In this document: positions 62,924-64,000 of the stretch, in pieces
How the letters are laid out: each line of letters starts with the position of its first letter
Numbering within the stretch: the stretch's first letter is position 1
DNA from: a virus
Direction: 5' to 3' (one strand)
Virus record (IMG/VR): IMGVR_UViG_3300027759_000002
Location: 96,001 to 160,000 of that record
Length of the DNA stretch: 64,000 nt
Position numbers and translations under genes: made by a program
Notes under the pieces: generated by a model
The model's database searches: none
What the model saw: only the letters and a program-made list of their open reading frames with translations
What the model was told of the DNA's origin: nothing

Positions 62924-63327
62924 ACTGGACATATAAAGACAAAGAATTTATAGAAGAATTGATTGGTGACAATTATGGTTTTGTGTATCTTATAACCAAC
63001 AATGCAACAAATAAAAAATACATTGGTAAGAAGTTTTTCTATTCCTCAAAGACTAGGCAAGTAAAAGGTAAGAAGAAACGATTCAAAGTTTCCTCTGACT
63101 GGCAAACTTATTACGGTAGTAACGAGGAATTGAAAAAAGATGTTATAATACACGGACTAGATTCGTTTAGCCGAGAAATTATACATCTATGCAAAAGCAA
63201 AGGTGAGTGTGGTTATCTTGAAGCAAAAGAACAGTTTGTAAATGGTGCTCTGGAGACAGATGATTATTACAATTCTTGGATTATGGTTAGAGTAAGAAAA
63301 TCACACATTAAAGGATTACAATGTTAG
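62914..63327 (+). CDS. GIY-YIG family nuclease
   Basis: GFVYLITN...KKYIGKK...YYGS...LE...YYN. Confidence 0.75.
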   Translation: MGLNWTYKDKEFIEELIGDNYGFVYLITNNATNKKYIGKKFFYSSKTRQVKGKKKRFKVSSDWQTYYGSNEELKKDVIIHGLDSFSREIIHLCKSKGECGYLEAKEQFVNGALETDDYYNSWIMVRVRKSHIKGLQC

Positions 63328-63665
63328 ATTATTTGAAGGAAGTTGGTGGGGAATTTGATGCTTTATTTTTCTTGCCAATGGAAGAAGAAGATAGTATCAA
63401 CATTATGACTAACAAATATAAAAATCCAGGACAACCAATAAAAGGAAACATAATTGGCGATTGGTGGCACATTTTGTTGTTTAAATGCAACGAAGAAAAT
63501 GGCCAAGTCGAGGACCTTGATATCTTTGATGCCATATTTGCCGATCCTAGGGAATACATATCCGGACTGATTCCGCAAGGTTGGTATGGTTTAATTGCAA
63601 AGAAAACCACAACCTCCCACAATTTTTTAGATGATGCTATTGACAAGTTCAAGTCAATGATGTAA
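63321..63665 (+). CDS. hypothetical protein
   Basis: 114 aa ORF overlapping the previous stop. Confidence 0.6.
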   Translation: MLDYLKEVGGEFDALFFLPMEEEDSINIMTNKYKNPGQPIKGNIIGDWWHILLFKCNEENGQVEDLDIFDAIFADPREYISGLIPQGWYGLIAKKTTTSHNFLDDAIDKFKSMM

Positions 63666-63668
63666 AAT
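63640..63668 (+). promoter_or_regulatory. sigma70-type promoter
   Basis: TTGACA-17-TAAAAT before rnh. Confidence 0.7.
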
Positions 63669-63693
63669 ACAAACATCTAAACTGAAAGTTATT

Positions 63694-64000
63694 ATGATTC
63701 TTGTTGACTTAAACCAAGTCTTACTATCTGGCCTAATGGCACAAATATCTAATGGAAAAAAGTCCATGTATGGAAAAACATTCACATTAGACGAATCTCT
63801 CATTAGACACATGGTCCTGATGATACTTAAAACTCACCTAAAGAACTTCCGAGAAGAATATGGTGAAGTAGTACTCTGTTGTGACAACCGCAAGTATTGG
63901 CGCAAGGATTTCTTTCCATTCTACAAGGCAAACCGTAAAAAGACACGGGAAAAGTCTGACCTTGATTGGCACATGATTTTCGACATGCTTTCCAAGTTTA
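63694..64000 (+). CDS. rnh: T4 RNase H (5'-3' exonuclease), partial
   Basis: MILVDLNQV...LCCDNRKYWRKDFFPFYKANRKK; runs off the window end. Confidence 0.92.
   Translation, partial: MILVDLNQVLLSGLMAQISNGKKSMYGKTFTLDESLIRHMVLMILKTHLKNFREEYGEVVLCCDNRKYWRKDFFPFYKANRKKTREKSDLDWHMIFDMLSKF

Noticed and set aside
1517-63676. Numerous minus-strand and off-frame ORFs of 60-154 aa inside core genes
   Set aside because: Shadow frames of well-supported genes, lacking RBS or promoter. Only 46205-46480 was kept, because of its RBS, composition and codon anomaly.
1-64000. Stop-codon reassignment
   Set aside because: Core genes are full length in the standard code, and there is no CUA, UUA or UCA anticodon. 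Leu(UAG) and Leu(UAA) are anticodons reading CUA and UUA.

Overview
An AT-rich T4-like (myovirus) phage genome segment, almost all on the + strand. It runs from the end of the tail tube gene (gp19) through the head module (gp20, 67, 21, 22, 23) and gp3. It then covers recombination and late transcription (uvsY, uvsW, gp55, gp47/46) and the replisome (gp45, 44, 62, regA, 43, uvsX, 41, 61), followed by nucleotide metabolism (dNMP kinase, cd, thyX, nrdA/B, trx, rnh), a lysis cassette and several auxiliary genes (def, hsp20, groES, iscU/iscA, glycosyltransferases, a PlcP/LpxH-like phosphoesterase). The sigma70-type promoters, iscU and spanins suggest a Gram-negative, probably proteobacterial, host (inference). 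A 27-tRNA array at 24312-29582, plus one tRNA at 22308, covers all 20 amino acids. The top finding lies just upstream of that array: a 36-codon, apparently leaderless ORF (24048-24158) containing all 20 amino acids, whose 3' end can form an antiterminator against an intrinsic terminator. This looks like a pan-amino-acid translational attenuator that would switch on the phage tRNA array when any host tRNA is depleted. Other strong candidates: a dnaX-type -1 frameshift (A AAA AAG plus stem-loop at 47427); an overprinted gene (46205-46480); a cluster of proteins with T4 capsid-targeting-like N-termini, including a ligase-like and an NTase-kinase enzyme; a ROSE-like thermometer before hsp20; a tRNA-Gly mimic; boxA and operator motifs at the tRNA promoters; several unexplained structured RNAs; and two DruA/DUF4338-like paralogs. 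All family assignments come from recognising motifs by eye; no database search was run.
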